Assembly: GCA_040768135.1 (NCBI GenBank)
Contig: JAXGNF010000003.1
Span: forward strand, 11,191 to 75,190
Source of the DNA: Thermoleophilia bacterium
Lineage (GTDB): Bacteria > Actinomycetota > Thermoleophilia > RBG-16-64-13
Direction: 5' to 3'
Length of the DNA stretch: 64,000 nt
Part shown: positions 49,417-58,828 of the stretch, one piece after another
Layout of the letters: each line of letters starts with the position of its first letter
Position numbering within the stretch: position 1 is the stretch's first letter
Made by a program: the position numbers and the translations under genes
The notes under the pieces: model-generated
Seen by the model: only the letters and a program-made list of their open reading frames with translations
Databases searched by the model: none
Told to the model about the DNA's origin: nothing

Positions 49417-49986
49417 TCACGCGGGGCTCGAGCGCCGCCTCGGCATCTGACTCCAAGTTCGGCCGTCCAGTACCCTACCTGCGGTCTTCCTGCGCGTACC
49501 ACCCCACTGCTTGAAGAAGAACGGCACCGACTCTTCAGTACAGCTATCTCTGATCGAAGAAATCCACTCCCGCTTCATTGGCCGCGCTCCTGGACCGGAC
49601 TCTTCGCCGACAATCACCCAATCGACCCCCGTCAGGTCAAAATCGGGCAGAGGTCCAAGAAGGGGTTCGATAGAAAGAAACCTCACGATAGCCGGGACCA
49701 TCCGCAGTCGCCCCACCCGCTTGAGGCGCTGATTGTCCTCGACAGTGACACCCATCCGGACGTTATCGGGCCACGGGAGCGAGGACGCCAATTCCCCCAG
49801 CCGATCGGCGCGCTTGGTAAGAAGTTGGTACGTATGCCTGGGAGTGCGCTCCATCACTTGAAATATGCGCGCGATGAAGTCCACCGGCACTTCCTCGTGA
49901 AACAGGTCGCCCATGGAGTTGACGAAGACCATGCGTGGTTTCTTCCACGAGAAAGGGACCTCGAGCATGTGCTCATGAGTACGCAC
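49417..49986 (-). pseudogene. phage Gp37/Gp68 family (DUF5131) gene, N-terminally truncated remnant
   Basis: MVFVNSMGDLFHEEVP...TKRADRL...VGEESGPGARP matches the conserved C-terminal two-thirds of Gp37/Gp68 proteins. The Cys-rich N-terminal segment is absent. There is a TAA 11 codons upstream of the first possible GTG start and no upstream continuation. Confidence 0.5.
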
Positions 49987-50172
49987 GGCGAAACCATCAC
50001 GGTAGTTCGGTTGGTCTTAGTGACACAACAACTTCTTCTGAGGTTGCACGCTTAGACAGTCATTGCCTCCTTTCCGCGCTCTGTATTCTCCTTCCAGCTC
50101 ATCCACTACCGGTTAACATGTCGCTCGGCAAAGCATCGACAAGCTACACCAACTCAGCCGCCTCGCCACTGT

Positions 50173-51075
50173 TCATCTGGAAACCCTTTCCTGATAGCCG
50201 ATGACCAACCCATGAGCGATCTTCAGAACCTCCTCCACGGGCAGGTTGGAGAGCACCTCCACCCGCGTGCCGCCCTGCGCCCACACGATCAAGCTGGCGT
50301 CCTCATAAGTAACTGCGTATCGTGGATTTGTAGCCGCAGTGCCCCCCTGGTCCACCACCAGTTGCTCAGGGGGCGATACCGATCCGGAGAGCCCTGTAAT
50401 TAGCACAGCGTCATTGCCGCTCACCTCGGCTGCCTGGCCTTCCGGCAGAGGGGCACCGCTATCCGGAGAGATCCTGACAAGCAGGAACCAGTCACCGCTG
50501 CGATAAAGCACCTGCTCGGTCAGACTGCCTTGCGTTCCGGGCCTGTTGCCGACGCCGTCGCCGCCCCCTGACGGAACGTCAGCCGTTCCCACCTGGTAGA
50601 CCGGAACCGGATCGAACCCCTCTGGCAGATAGCCTGCCTCCGTGGGGACGAGTCGATAGAAATTCAGGTTCAGGATCCCGGCTAGGAAGTCCCCAGCAGC
50701 GGACCGCGCCGAAGGTACCGCAAGCACGACAGCAACCGCAAGCAAGACTATCGCTCCAGCTACCGCTGCGACCCTCCACTTGCACGATAGTGTGTGTCCG
50801 CCGACAGCTTTCGAAGGCGCAGCTCCGGTTGACATCGCGCCTTCATTTCCAATGGCTGCCTGAAGACGAGCCCAGGCGTTCTTTGACGGAGCCGCCTCCG
50901 AGACCAACATTCGCATACCCTTTGCAGCCCGGACACGAGTCCTCCCGAGAGCTCCGAGATCCTTCTCACATGACTTGCACCGGGCCAGGTGCGCATCGAT
51001 GGCTCTGCGTTCTGATGGCGCGACTTCTCCGTCTAAATAGGCAACCAACGATAACCGCACTTCACGGCATTTCAT
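50173..51075 (-). CDS. anti-sigma factor (zf-HC2 N-terminal domain, single TM, extracytoplasmic domain)
   Basis: HLARCKSC is the H..xCxxC zinc-finger anti-sigma motif. The TM is AAVAGAIVLLAVAVVLAV. Its start overlaps the stop of the upstream ECF sigma. Confidence 0.7.
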   Translation of the reverse strand: MKCREVRLSLVAYLDGEVAPSERRAIDAHLARCKSCEKDLGALGRTRVRAAKGMRMLVSEAAPSKNAWARLQAAIGNEGAMSTGAAPSKAVGGHTLSCKWRVAAVAGAIVLLAVAVVLAVPSARSAAGDFLAGILNLNFYRLVPTEAGYLPEGFDPVPVYQVGTADVPSGGGDGVGNRPGTQGSLTEQVLYRSGDWFLLVRISPDSGAPLPEGQAAEVSGNDAVLITGLSGSVSPPEQLVVDQGGTAATNPRYAVTYEDASLIVWAQGGTRVEVLSNLPVEEVLKIAHGLVIGYQERVSR

Positions 51076-51641
51076 CCTTGCGCCTCCACTACGGACTGGC
51101 CCTGACCCCGCGGGTCGGGCTCCAGTTGATCCTTCATCGCATGCATGGCCAGGTTCAGCCGGGACTTCACCGTCCCCAAAGGGACGTCAAGCATTTCGGC
51201 GATCTCAGCGTAGGAAAGCCCCCAGTAGTGCCGGAGTACCAGCACCACCCGTAGCTTGTCGCTAAGCCCACCCAGGGCATGGCGGATCCAATCACGTTCC
51301 GCGAGACATTCATCCGCGGCGCAAACAGATTCTCGGATCTGGCCCTCGACGTCCTCCAGTCGGTCTGCTACATGACGGCCTCTTCGGCAATTGAGGCAGC
51401 GATTGACCGTGACCTGATGAACCCATGTGCTGAAGGAGCCACGATTCGGATCGTAGCTGTCGAGAGAGCGGTGCACCTGAAGGAAGACATCCTGCAGGAT
51501 GTCTTCGGCTTCAACTGCCGTACCTACCATGAGGTAGGCGGTGCGGTACACGAGGTTCTTGTACTGCTCGAACAACTGACCGAAGGCCTCTTCATCTCCG
51601 ACTTGGCACCGGCGGACAAGAATCGTGTCGGCTCCCTGCAT
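51072..51641 (-). CDS. ECF-family RNA polymerase sigma-70 factor
   Basis: Region 2 (LVYRTAYLMVG...AEDILQDVF) and region 4 (LVLRHYWGLSYAEIAEMLDVPLGTVKSR) helix-turn-helix. Confidence 0.85.
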   Translation of the reverse strand: MQGADTILVRRCQVGDEEAFGQLFEQYKNLVYRTAYLMVGTAVEAEDILQDVFLQVHRSLDSYDPNRGSFSTWVHQVTVNRCLNCRRGRHVADRLEDVEGQIRESVCAADECLAERDWIRHALGGLSDKLRVVLVLRHYWGLSYAEIAEMLDVPLGTVKSRLNLAMHAMKDQLEPDPRGQGQSVVEAQG

Positions 51642-52135
51642 GTCGACTCCTGCGTAGTGAATGCATCAATAATGGTACACAGCCCAGGCTCAGGAAGTTC
51701 ACTTGACGTGTGGGCCTCTGAATTCAGTCTATTCCAGACCAAGGTCTACCAAGCCCGCTCTGTGCGCTGTGAGTCGGCCTGGTCGGCTGCACAGCCGTCG
51801 TTAGTGCCGGACGTCTCTTCTCCCCTTTCTGCTCACCTGCGTGGACTCTGCACCCGTCGCGACGAAGTCGGAAATGACGTCCGCTTACACGTCTCTACCG
51901 TGGCGGAGTGGCGGCAGTTCGGCGGGGGTGAACTTGTAGGCCTTGTCCATGGGAGACTACTTCTGCCTCGGTGTGGAGTCGATGCTCTCTCCGCTGAAGA
52001 TGTGCAGGAGGCTGAAGCGGGAGATCGCACGGTTCCTGACCTGCCTGCGCATCTCCAAGGCTCGTGGCGCACCGCCTCCGAGCGTGATGGCAGTCGATGC
52101 AAATGCCACCCAATTGTCTGCGAAGAAGCTCCCGC

Positions 52136-52306
52136 CAGCACGCAACTCCGGTAGGCAACATCGTTCAGATAGACGTCGACAGCCTGCTCCCCCAGTTGAG
52201 CGAATGCCTCTTCCGCGCTGAGGCCCAGGGCCTCAGCCCCCCGCTCCACGGCCGCCCGCTCTTCGGGCGTATAGGGTCCAAGAACGCTCTTTCCCTTGCC
52301 CGGCAT
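52136..52306 (-). CDS. possible small ORF (RHH/antitoxin-like?), apparently frame-disrupted downstream; very uncertain
   Basis: The first ~57 codons (MPGKGKSVLGPYTPEERAAVERGAEALGLSAEEAFAQLGEQAVDVYLNDVAYRS) are protein-like. The frame then degenerates into S/R/P-rich sequence while a second frame becomes protein-like, suggesting a decayed gene. Confidence 0.2.
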
Positions 52307-52360
52307 GGTGACGCCCCCCTTGCCGGCGTGACCCCAACCCGCGCTGACGGCGAGATCGCC
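52295..52360 (+). repeat. copy B of the ~67-bp direct repeat
   Basis: See copy A. It lies in the gene-poor stretch between the ECF sigma gene and the VapC-like fragment. Confidence 0.5.
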
Positions 52361-52513
52361 GGTCTGCGCACCCCAGGATCCGCGGCCAAGGCGACCTGCG
52401 TGACGCCCCGCGGGGTGAAGAGCTCTTAGCGCAGCACGCCTGGGTGGGTGAAGGTGCGATTCCCACGGATCGTGAGCGCGTCTCTCGCCTGCAGTGGTCG
52501 CACGGGCGCAGGA

Positions 52514-52828
52514 TCAACCCCGCACCCAGTTCTCGATCTTCAGCTCCCGGTACCCGGCGAAATCAGCCTCGTTGTTGGCGACCAGTGCCGCGTCGAGGCC
52601 GACGGCGTGAGCGGCGCTGAGCCTGTCGAGCGCATCCCTGGCCTTCTCTCGCGTCGCCGCCCGGATGGGTCCGTAGACCCCAGCCGCTCCGGTGTCGAAG
52701 GGGACGGCGGGGATGTCCTCCACCAGGCCGTCCGGCGCCCGACGATTCTGTTCCCGGCTCGGGCCTGAGCGCGCGACCCCGTACTCAGGTTCAGCCAAGG
52801 TGATGGCCGACATCACCAGCTGCGCCAC
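52514..52828 (-). pseudogene. VapC-like PIN-domain toxin fragment lacking a canonical start and a cognate antitoxin gene
   Basis: The open frame after the TAG reads SLLYILHGFVVDAKS...GVYGPIRAATREKARDALDRLSAAHAVGLDAALVANNEADFAGY, the PIN C-terminal pattern (IAA.A...LVT.N..DF). Only about 8 codons precede the first conserved Asp and none is ATG/GTG/TTG. No vapB fits upstream. Confidence 0.45.
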
Positions 52829-53008
52829 GCCGCCGGTACCGCTTCGAGACTTCGCGTCAACAACGAATCCGTGGAGAATGTACAGCAGTGACTAGACAGT
52901 AATGTGAAAAGAAGGAGAATATATAGCAGCTCTTGTGGCATTACAGCTCAGATACCTTATCATGCTAAAGAGATACCGTTTGCTATGAAGAAGAAAGGAG
53001 AAAGAAGG

Positions 53009-54283
53009 GTGCGTAAGCGGATTGGGATTCTGGGTACTCTAGATACTAAAGGAGAAGAAATAGGATATCTCAAGCAGAGGATCGAGGATCAAGGACATCA
53101 GCCTATTGTGATTGATGTCGGCGTGATCGGTGAGGTCCCGTTTGACCCTGATGTCGACCGTAGCAGCGTTGCGCTAGCCAGTGGCGCGACCATTGAAGAG
53201 ATAGCCAGTTATGGAGACGAAGCCAAGGCCGAACTAGAAATGGCCAAAGGTGCCGCTAAGATCGTCAAAGACATGAACGACAGTGACGAACTGGATGGTC
53301 TTCTGGCTTTGGGTGGGACCATGGGGACCGATCTAGCGCTGGATGTCATGGCGGCACTACCCCTGGGCATCCCGAAGCTAATAATCTCCAGTGTCGCATT
53401 CTCTCCCTTGATACCGCCAGATAGGATCCCTGCCGACCTCATGATGGTGCTTTGGTCAGGGGGGCTATGGGGGGTAAACAGCATCTCGCGCAGTATTCTT
53501 GACACAGCTGCCGGTGCAATTGTGGGGGCAGCCGAAGTCTACAAGCGCAAGCCCGCGCAAGACCGGCCCGTGGTAGGTGTGACCGCAGCGGGCTCATCGG
53601 CCCTGAAATATCTGGATTGGATCAAACCTGCTCTGGAGGAGCGCGGTTACGAGGTGGCGGTCTTCCACTCAGTCGGCATGGGCGGACGAGCTTTCGAGAA
53701 TCTGATTGCCAAGAACGCTTTTGTCGCGGTCCTAGACCTCTGCATGATGGAAGTCCTTGGTCATATCCTGGATTGCCCATGTTCTTCTGGCGAGGACCGG
53801 ATGGAGGCCGCAGGCAGGGCCGGTATTCCTCAGATCATCGGCCCCGGACTGATCAGTTGCGTTGCCATTTCGCCTTGGCGACCGATCCCACCCCGTTTTG
53901 AAGGCCGTCATGTCCGCTGGCATAACCGACTGATCGGAGACCCGCCCTGCACGAGCGAAGAACAAGCCATGCTGGGAGAAGTCGTTGCAAGAAAACTGAA
54001 TGCAGCCGTGGGCCCGACCGCCATCGTCATTCCCTTGCGGGGCTCAGTGGAATGGGATAGGCCCTCCGAACCGCTATATAACCCTGAAGGCTTGGTCCCA
54101 TTCAGCAGTGCCTTGAAAAGGCTTATCAAGCCCGAGGTCAAGGTCGTGGAACTCGACGCACACATCAACGACAAGGAGTTCGCCGACGCGGTGCTCTCGC
54201 TATTCGATGCTATGGTGTTTGGCCAAGGGGAGGAGCAGAAACGCCCCGTAGCAAGTCCAGCGAAAGATGCCGTCGGGCAGTAG
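53009..54283 (+). CDS. UPF0261 family (Tm-1-like) ATP-binding protein, paralog 1
   Basis: GTG at 53009-53011, 6 nt after AAAGGAGAAAGAAGG. V/MRKRIGILGTLDTKGEEIGYL parallels the paralog MRKCIAIVATMDTKGDQIAYL. The longer ORF from 52904 is AT-rich leader. Confidence 0.7.
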   Translation: MRKRIGILGTLDTKGEEIGYLKQRIEDQGHQPIVIDVGVIGEVPFDPDVDRSSVALASGATIEEIASYGDEAKAELEMAKGAAKIVKDMNDSDELDGLLALGGTMGTDLALDVMAALPLGIPKLIISSVAFSPLIPPDRIPADLMMVLWSGGLWGVNSISRSILDTAAGAIVGAAEVYKRKPAQDRPVVGVTAAGSSALKYLDWIKPALEERGYEVAVFHSVGMGGRAFENLIAKNAFVAVLDLCMMEVLGHILDCPCSSGEDRMEAAGRAGIPQIIGPGLISCVAISPWRPIPPRFEGRHVRWHNRLIGDPPCTSEEQAMLGEVVARKLNAAVGPTAIVIPLRGSVEWDRPSEPLYNPEGLVPFSSALKRLIKPEVKVVELDAHINDKEFADAVLSLFDAMVFGQGEEQKRPVASPAKDAVGQ

Positions 54284-54339
54284 ACCTCTTCTGACTGATC
54301 TGGTGCGAACGTTGTGATGTGAGTTAGGAGAATAGGGTT

Positions 54340-55581
54340 ATGCGAAAGTGCATCGCGATAGTCGCCACCATGGACACCAAAGGTGACCAGATCGCTTACT
54401 TGAAGGAGCAGATTGAGGAGAAAGGGATATCAACCTGCACCATCGATATCGGAGTCGCTGCGGACGGCCCATTCCGGACTGATTATGATCGTCACAAGGT
54501 GGCGTCAGCCGGGGGTACGAGTATTGCAGACATCCTTTCCATGAACAACCGCCGCGCCGGACTGGAGAAGATGGGAGAGGGCGCGGCGAGTATCGTTCGT
54601 GACCTGAACGTGCGCGGCGAACTAGTGGGCGTTGTCTCAGCCGGCGGCTCCCAGGGCACAGCTATCGCCCTGCTACTCATGCAGACCGTACCCCTTGGAA
54701 TCCCCAAATTGTTGCTCACAACCATAGCCTACAGCCCGGTCATCGTCCCAGATATGGTGGGGGGTTCGGACCTCATCATGATGCCGTGGGTAGCGGGCCT
54801 CTGGGGCCTCAATCCCCTGTCGAAGCAATGCCTGGACACTGCGGCCTGCGCCATCGCTGCTGCCGCTGAGAACTACCGCGGCAGACCACTGGATAAGAGC
54901 AGGAAGATCGTAGGCATCAGTTCCCTGGGGGGTTCAGTCCAACGCTATGCCGACACGTTGAAACCGGCTCTCGAGGCACGGGGGCATGAGGTCGGCGTCT
55001 TCCACGCCCTGGGAATGCCTGGCCGTATCTTCGAGCGAGCAATCTCCGATGGTCTGATCAGTGCAAGCCTGGACCTCTCCGTCGGCAGCGAATTGATCAA
55101 CCAGCTCAAGGGCGGTGTCTATGCCGGAGGAGAACATCGCTTGGAAGCGGCCGGCCGCATGGGCATCCCTCAGATCGTGTCTCCGGGGGGCATCGAGGTC
55201 TTCATGTGGGGCAAGGATCGACCACTGCCTTCTCGTTACAAGGACCGACCCATGGTGGCGTGGCACAGCTCGCTCCACGTTTCCATCAGCACTACCCCCG
55301 AGGAAATGGCCGCGGTGGGCAAACTGATGGCACACAAGGTCAACATAGCCCGGGGACCGGTCACCGTAATACTACCCTTGCAAGGCATCGGCTGGGCACC
55401 AGGCACGCCTTTTGGCGAAGGCAGGAGAGCCGCAGTCCTGCAGGCCGGTATGGCTGCCTTCCGGCGCAGTATCAGACGACATCTGGGCGCCGGCGTCCGT
55501 TACATAGAAATCGACGTGGATTTCAATCACCCCGAGTACATCGATACCGTTCTCGCGGTGTTCGACGAAATGACTGCGTAG
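54340..55581 (+). CDS. UPF0261 family (Tm-1-like) ATP-binding protein, paralog 2
   Basis: 413 aa, collinear similarity to the preceding gene (GIPKL, SGGLWG/VAGLWG, HSVGMGGRAFE/HALGMPGRIFE). Confidence 0.8.
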   Translation: MRKCIAIVATMDTKGDQIAYLKEQIEEKGISTCTIDIGVAADGPFRTDYDRHKVASAGGTSIADILSMNNRRAGLEKMGEGAASIVRDLNVRGELVGVVSAGGSQGTAIALLLMQTVPLGIPKLLLTTIAYSPVIVPDMVGGSDLIMMPWVAGLWGLNPLSKQCLDTAACAIAAAAENYRGRPLDKSRKIVGISSLGGSVQRYADTLKPALEARGHEVGVFHALGMPGRIFERAISDGLISASLDLSVGSELINQLKGGVYAGGEHRLEAAGRMGIPQIVSPGGIEVFMWGKDRPLPSRYKDRPMVAWHSSLHVSISTTPEEMAAVGKLMAHKVNIARGPVTVILPLQGIGWAPGTPFGEGRRAAVLQAGMAAFRRSIRRHLGAGVRYIEIDVDFNHPEYIDTVLAVFDEMTA

Positions 55582-55680
55582 CCTGCGTAGCAGGCCGTCA
55601 CACCACCCATAACGTCGGCCTTCAGTCGGTCGCCCGCGGACGTCCTTTCTGTCCGCCCAGGAGCTACCACCGTCAGAGCC

Positions 55681-56910
55681 TTACACCACTGTCAGGTCCA
55701 ATGATAACCGACTGGTCGCCGCGGCTTCATTCTCTGTCACGATCAGGGTATTCCCCAGCATGATCCCCCTGTACCCCATCTCTCCGTCCCCGGGGCTGAT
55801 GTGAGGGTGATTGGCATAGATCATCCGCGGCTGGAGTTCCGTGTACGTCAACTTGTAGTGGTCCTCCGCCATCTCACTGACCTGCAACGTCCAGACCTTC
55901 CCCGACATGCCGCGGGCCGAAGCACAGCTCGCCGCCTTCTTCTCGATCTCGAGGACGGTGTTCCCGGGCCGCAGTTCGGCTTTGGCCAGCTCATAGATGT
56001 CCCGATGAAGCCTCATGGTGTCTCTGAAGGCAGACGGGAGCGCGTCTTCCGCCATGCCAACGCAGATTGGATGGCAGACCTGCACATACGATCCGTGGCA
56101 GCCGGGACACAGCTCATTGAAGATAAGATCCCCCCTCTTCACCGCGCGCTGTGGATCGCCCACGGACCGATCTCCATGGATCCTTTCCTCCCACGAGCCC
56201 ACGGACACAATGGCAAAGTCCGCCGCGGTGGCGCCACCAACCAGCATACCTATCCTCGCGGCCCTCTGAAGATCACCCAAAGTGACCCCCGGCCGGGTGG
56301 CCGCTTCGATAATAGCTTCAATGCCCTGGTCAGCCGCTTCCGCGGCTGTGTACGTATATGCGATTTCCTCCGGACTCTTGATCCTTCTCACTTCCAAGAG
56401 AAGATCGCCGGCCGGAATGAACGTTGCCTGAGGCAAGTCACGTTGAATATCCACGTAGACTCCGGCAGGCATCACTCTCATGTCGGCGATTCCGATCGTA
56501 GCTCTCTGTAGCCCCAAGCGCTCGACTGCTCGGACTATACCCCAGGCATAGTCCTTGATCCTCTGGCCTTCACCCTTTCCCTTCTTGAAGACCGGATCCA
56601 GGACCGTTGGCACAGGAAGCCTATCGTCTACCCACACCTCACCGGTGCCGGTGGCAGGACTCTGCAGCTGAATAGGTTCCCCTTCCATCGGGAATATGAC
56701 GTAAGCGTAATCGCCCAATCCCACCATATCCTGACCGGCTACATACATATGAGAGGCTGAATAAGCCCAGTTCTTCGCCGAACACCCGACGACGACCAGG
56801 CAATCGATGTTCCGCAGTTGCATGACTTCCCTGATCTTGCGGTGCCTCCTCTCCCATTCCTCGGAGGAAAACCCCAGCTTCTGCCTGCCTACCGTCCCAG
56901 TAGCTTCCAT
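55681..56910 (-). CDS. M24-family metallopeptidase (Xaa-Pro aminopeptidase/creatinase-like)
   Basis: Creatinase-like N-domain plus a pita-bread C-domain with metal-ligand region (IFNELCPGCHG...). 409 aa. Confidence 0.75.
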   Translation of the reverse strand: MEATGTVGRQKLGFSSEEWERRHRKIREVMQLRNIDCLVVVGCSAKNWAYSASHMYVAGQDMVGLGDYAYVIFPMEGEPIQLQSPATGTGEVWVDDRLPVPTVLDPVFKKGKGEGQRIKDYAWGIVRAVERLGLQRATIGIADMRVMPAGVYVDIQRDLPQATFIPAGDLLLEVRRIKSPEEIAYTYTAAEAADQGIEAIIEAATRPGVTLGDLQRAARIGMLVGGATAADFAIVSVGSWEERIHGDRSVGDPQRAVKRGDLIFNELCPGCHGSYVQVCHPICVGMAEDALPSAFRDTMRLHRDIYELAKAELRPGNTVLEIEKKAASCASARGMSGKVWTLQVSEMAEDHYKLTYTELQPRMIYANHPHISPGDGEMGYRGIMLGNTLIVTENEAAATSRLSLDLTVV

Positions 56911-56966
56911 CGTCCGCAGCTCCCCTGTGCCATCGCTCGGCTCCGAACCTACCGATTCACGCTCGG

Positions 56967-57950
56967 CTAGTACTCGCCTGTTCTCAGATAAGTAACGTAG
57001 GCTTGGATACCTTCCCTAACCGATTTGGGGACAAAACCAACCTCTTCTTTGATCCGGTCCATCCTTAGCGATCGGTCCACCATGTTATGTGCTTTGATAT
57101 CTGAAGGTGGGCCGAGAGTTATCCGAGCTCCTGGAATGACATCCGTCACAGCGTCCGCAATCTCCTGCATAGTGGGGTTACTCCCTGACGATACGTTATA
57201 GATATGATGGCTCAATGGTCTGTCCGCCATGAGCAGCGCACTCGTAGCTTGGGCGCTGTCTTTCGCGTAGACGCAATGCGTCCGCCGGTTGGCCGGTATC
57301 CCGGACAGGTCCAGAGGCTCGTTGTTGAGCGCCGAGTGGATCATGTCGTTCACCACTGCGTGCGTGCATCCGATCCCAAAATTCGAGCCAAGCCTGACGC
57401 TTACATAGCTTATGCCGTAACCTTTGGCATATAAGAAGCCAATGAGATCCGCTGCGCGCTTGCAGTTGCCGTCTGGCGAGTACGCCACCGGCGGCAGGTA
57501 CGCGTCTTCTTCGAACACCTCCGGCTGACCGGGGAATCCTCGGTAATTGTCCACCGAGGCGATGAAGACCATGCGCCGCAAGTCCATCAGCTGCGTGGCC
57601 TCCAGACAGTTGACCGCTCCCACTACCTCCGTTTCGAACCGTCCCCGCACGTGCCATCCTCGCGGGTCCAGAACGGCCTTCAATCCTACGACATCCTTCC
57701 AGCCCCGGGCTTCCGCAGCCGCCTTCACGATGCTGTTGATCTTGTGCTCTTTGACTATCTCAAGGATCGATGACAGATCCAGTAGGTCGCCTAGTGCCTG
57801 GCGGACTTCCTTCCCCCAGTATTGCTCCAGTAGCGGGTGTGGTTCCATGGGGTGGCGTTGCATGAGCACCACACTCTCGCCACGTTCCGCCAAGCACCGG
57901 GCCATGTTTATCCCCAAGAAGCCGCTTCCTCCGGCAATGAGAATCATCAA
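56967..57950 (-). CDS. NAD-dependent epimerase/dehydratase (extended SDR family)
   Basis: MMILIAGGSGFLGINMARCL is the TGxxGxxG Rossmann motif. 327 aa. Confidence 0.8.
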   Translation of the reverse strand: MMILIAGGSGFLGINMARCLAERGESVVLMQRHPMEPHPLLEQYWGKEVRQALGDLLDLSSILEIVKEHKINSIVKAAAEARGWKDVVGLKAVLDPRGWHVRGRFETEVVGAVNCLEATQLMDLRRMVFIASVDNYRGFPGQPEVFEEDAYLPPVAYSPDGNCKRAADLIGFLYAKGYGISYVSVRLGSNFGIGCTHAVVNDMIHSALNNEPLDLSGIPANRRTHCVYAKDSAQATSALLMADRPLSHHIYNVSSGSNPTMQEIADAVTDVIPGARITLGPPSDIKAHNMVDRSLRMDRIKEEVGFVPKSVREGIQAYVTYLRTGEY

Positions 57951-58120
57951 CCATTCCTCCTAGGACCTGATCTTCCGGCCGTCGTGTGTCGCCACTATCC
58001 GCCGCTTTCTCGGTGCCCGAGTCTACCCTAGCAATCCGCGGCCCCCTCCACCCATCTGTTGACTCCCACGCGCCCACTGCTCCGATCGTGCGTCGGTACT
58101 CACATGCGGCCGGACGCTAT

Positions 58121-58828
58121 TCACCCGCCCAAGTAGCATCTCTTGACGGTCTCGTCTTCGGCAAGTGAGGCGGCGTTGCCACAGGCGCAGATCTCCCCCA
58201 CCTCGAGTACATAGGCCCTGTTGGCCAATCCCAACGCCATATTCGCATTCTGCTCCACCAGCAACACGCTGATGCCACTAGCACCGATCTCCTGAATCAT
58301 TCTGGCGACTTCCTCTACCATGATCGGAGCCAACCCCATGCTCGGTTCGTCCATCAGGATCAGCTTAGGACGCGACATCAGCGTTCGTGCCACCGCCAAC
58401 ATCTGTTGTTCTCCCCCGCTCAGACTGCTGGCCAACTGTTTCCGCCGGCTCTTGAGAATAGGGAAGTGCTCGTACATACGCTGCATGTCTTCGCTAATGC
58501 CGCCCCTGTCTTTGCGCAGGTAAGCCCCCATCCTCAGATTGTCGGACACGGACATCCCCGCGATCATGACCCTTCCTTCCGGCACATGACCCACACCCAG
58601 CTTCACGATTTCGTGGGCCGGCGATCCGTCTATCCGTCGTCCGTCGAAGTTGATACTCCCCGAAGCAAGAGTCTTCAACCCCGATATTGCCCGCAGCGTA
58701 GTTGTCTTACCAGCCCCATTTGGTCCTATCAGGGCGACGATCTCTCTCTCGTCAACGTGAAGCGAGATACCCTTGACAACCTCGGCTTTGGCGTAGCGTA
58801 TTCTCGCTTCTCGAACCTCTAATAACAC
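58121..58828 (-). CDS. livF: branched-chain amino acid ABC transporter ATP-binding protein LivF-type
   Basis: Walker A GPNGAGKTT, signature LSGGEQQMLAVAR, Walker B ILMDEPSMGL. Last gene of the liv operon. Confidence 0.85.
   Translation of the reverse strand: MLLEVREARIRYAKAEVVKGISLHVDEREIVALIGPNGAGKTTTLRAISGLKTLASGSINFDGRRIDGSPAHEIVKLGVGHVPEGRVMIAGMSVSDNLRMGAYLRKDRGGISEDMQRMYEHFPILKSRRKQLASSLSGGEQQMLAVARTLMSRPKLILMDEPSMGLAPIMVEEVARMIQEIGASGISVLLVEQNANMALGLANRAYVLEVGEICACGNAASLAEDETVKRCYLGG

Noticed and set aside
51279-52154. 291-aa plus-strand ORF
   Set aside because: Overlaps the ECF sigma factor gene antisense and continues through the gene-poor region. It has no homology-like features and R/P-rich composition.
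55801-56511. 236-aa plus-strand ORF
   Set aside because: Antisense to the M24 peptidase gene. R/G-rich noise.
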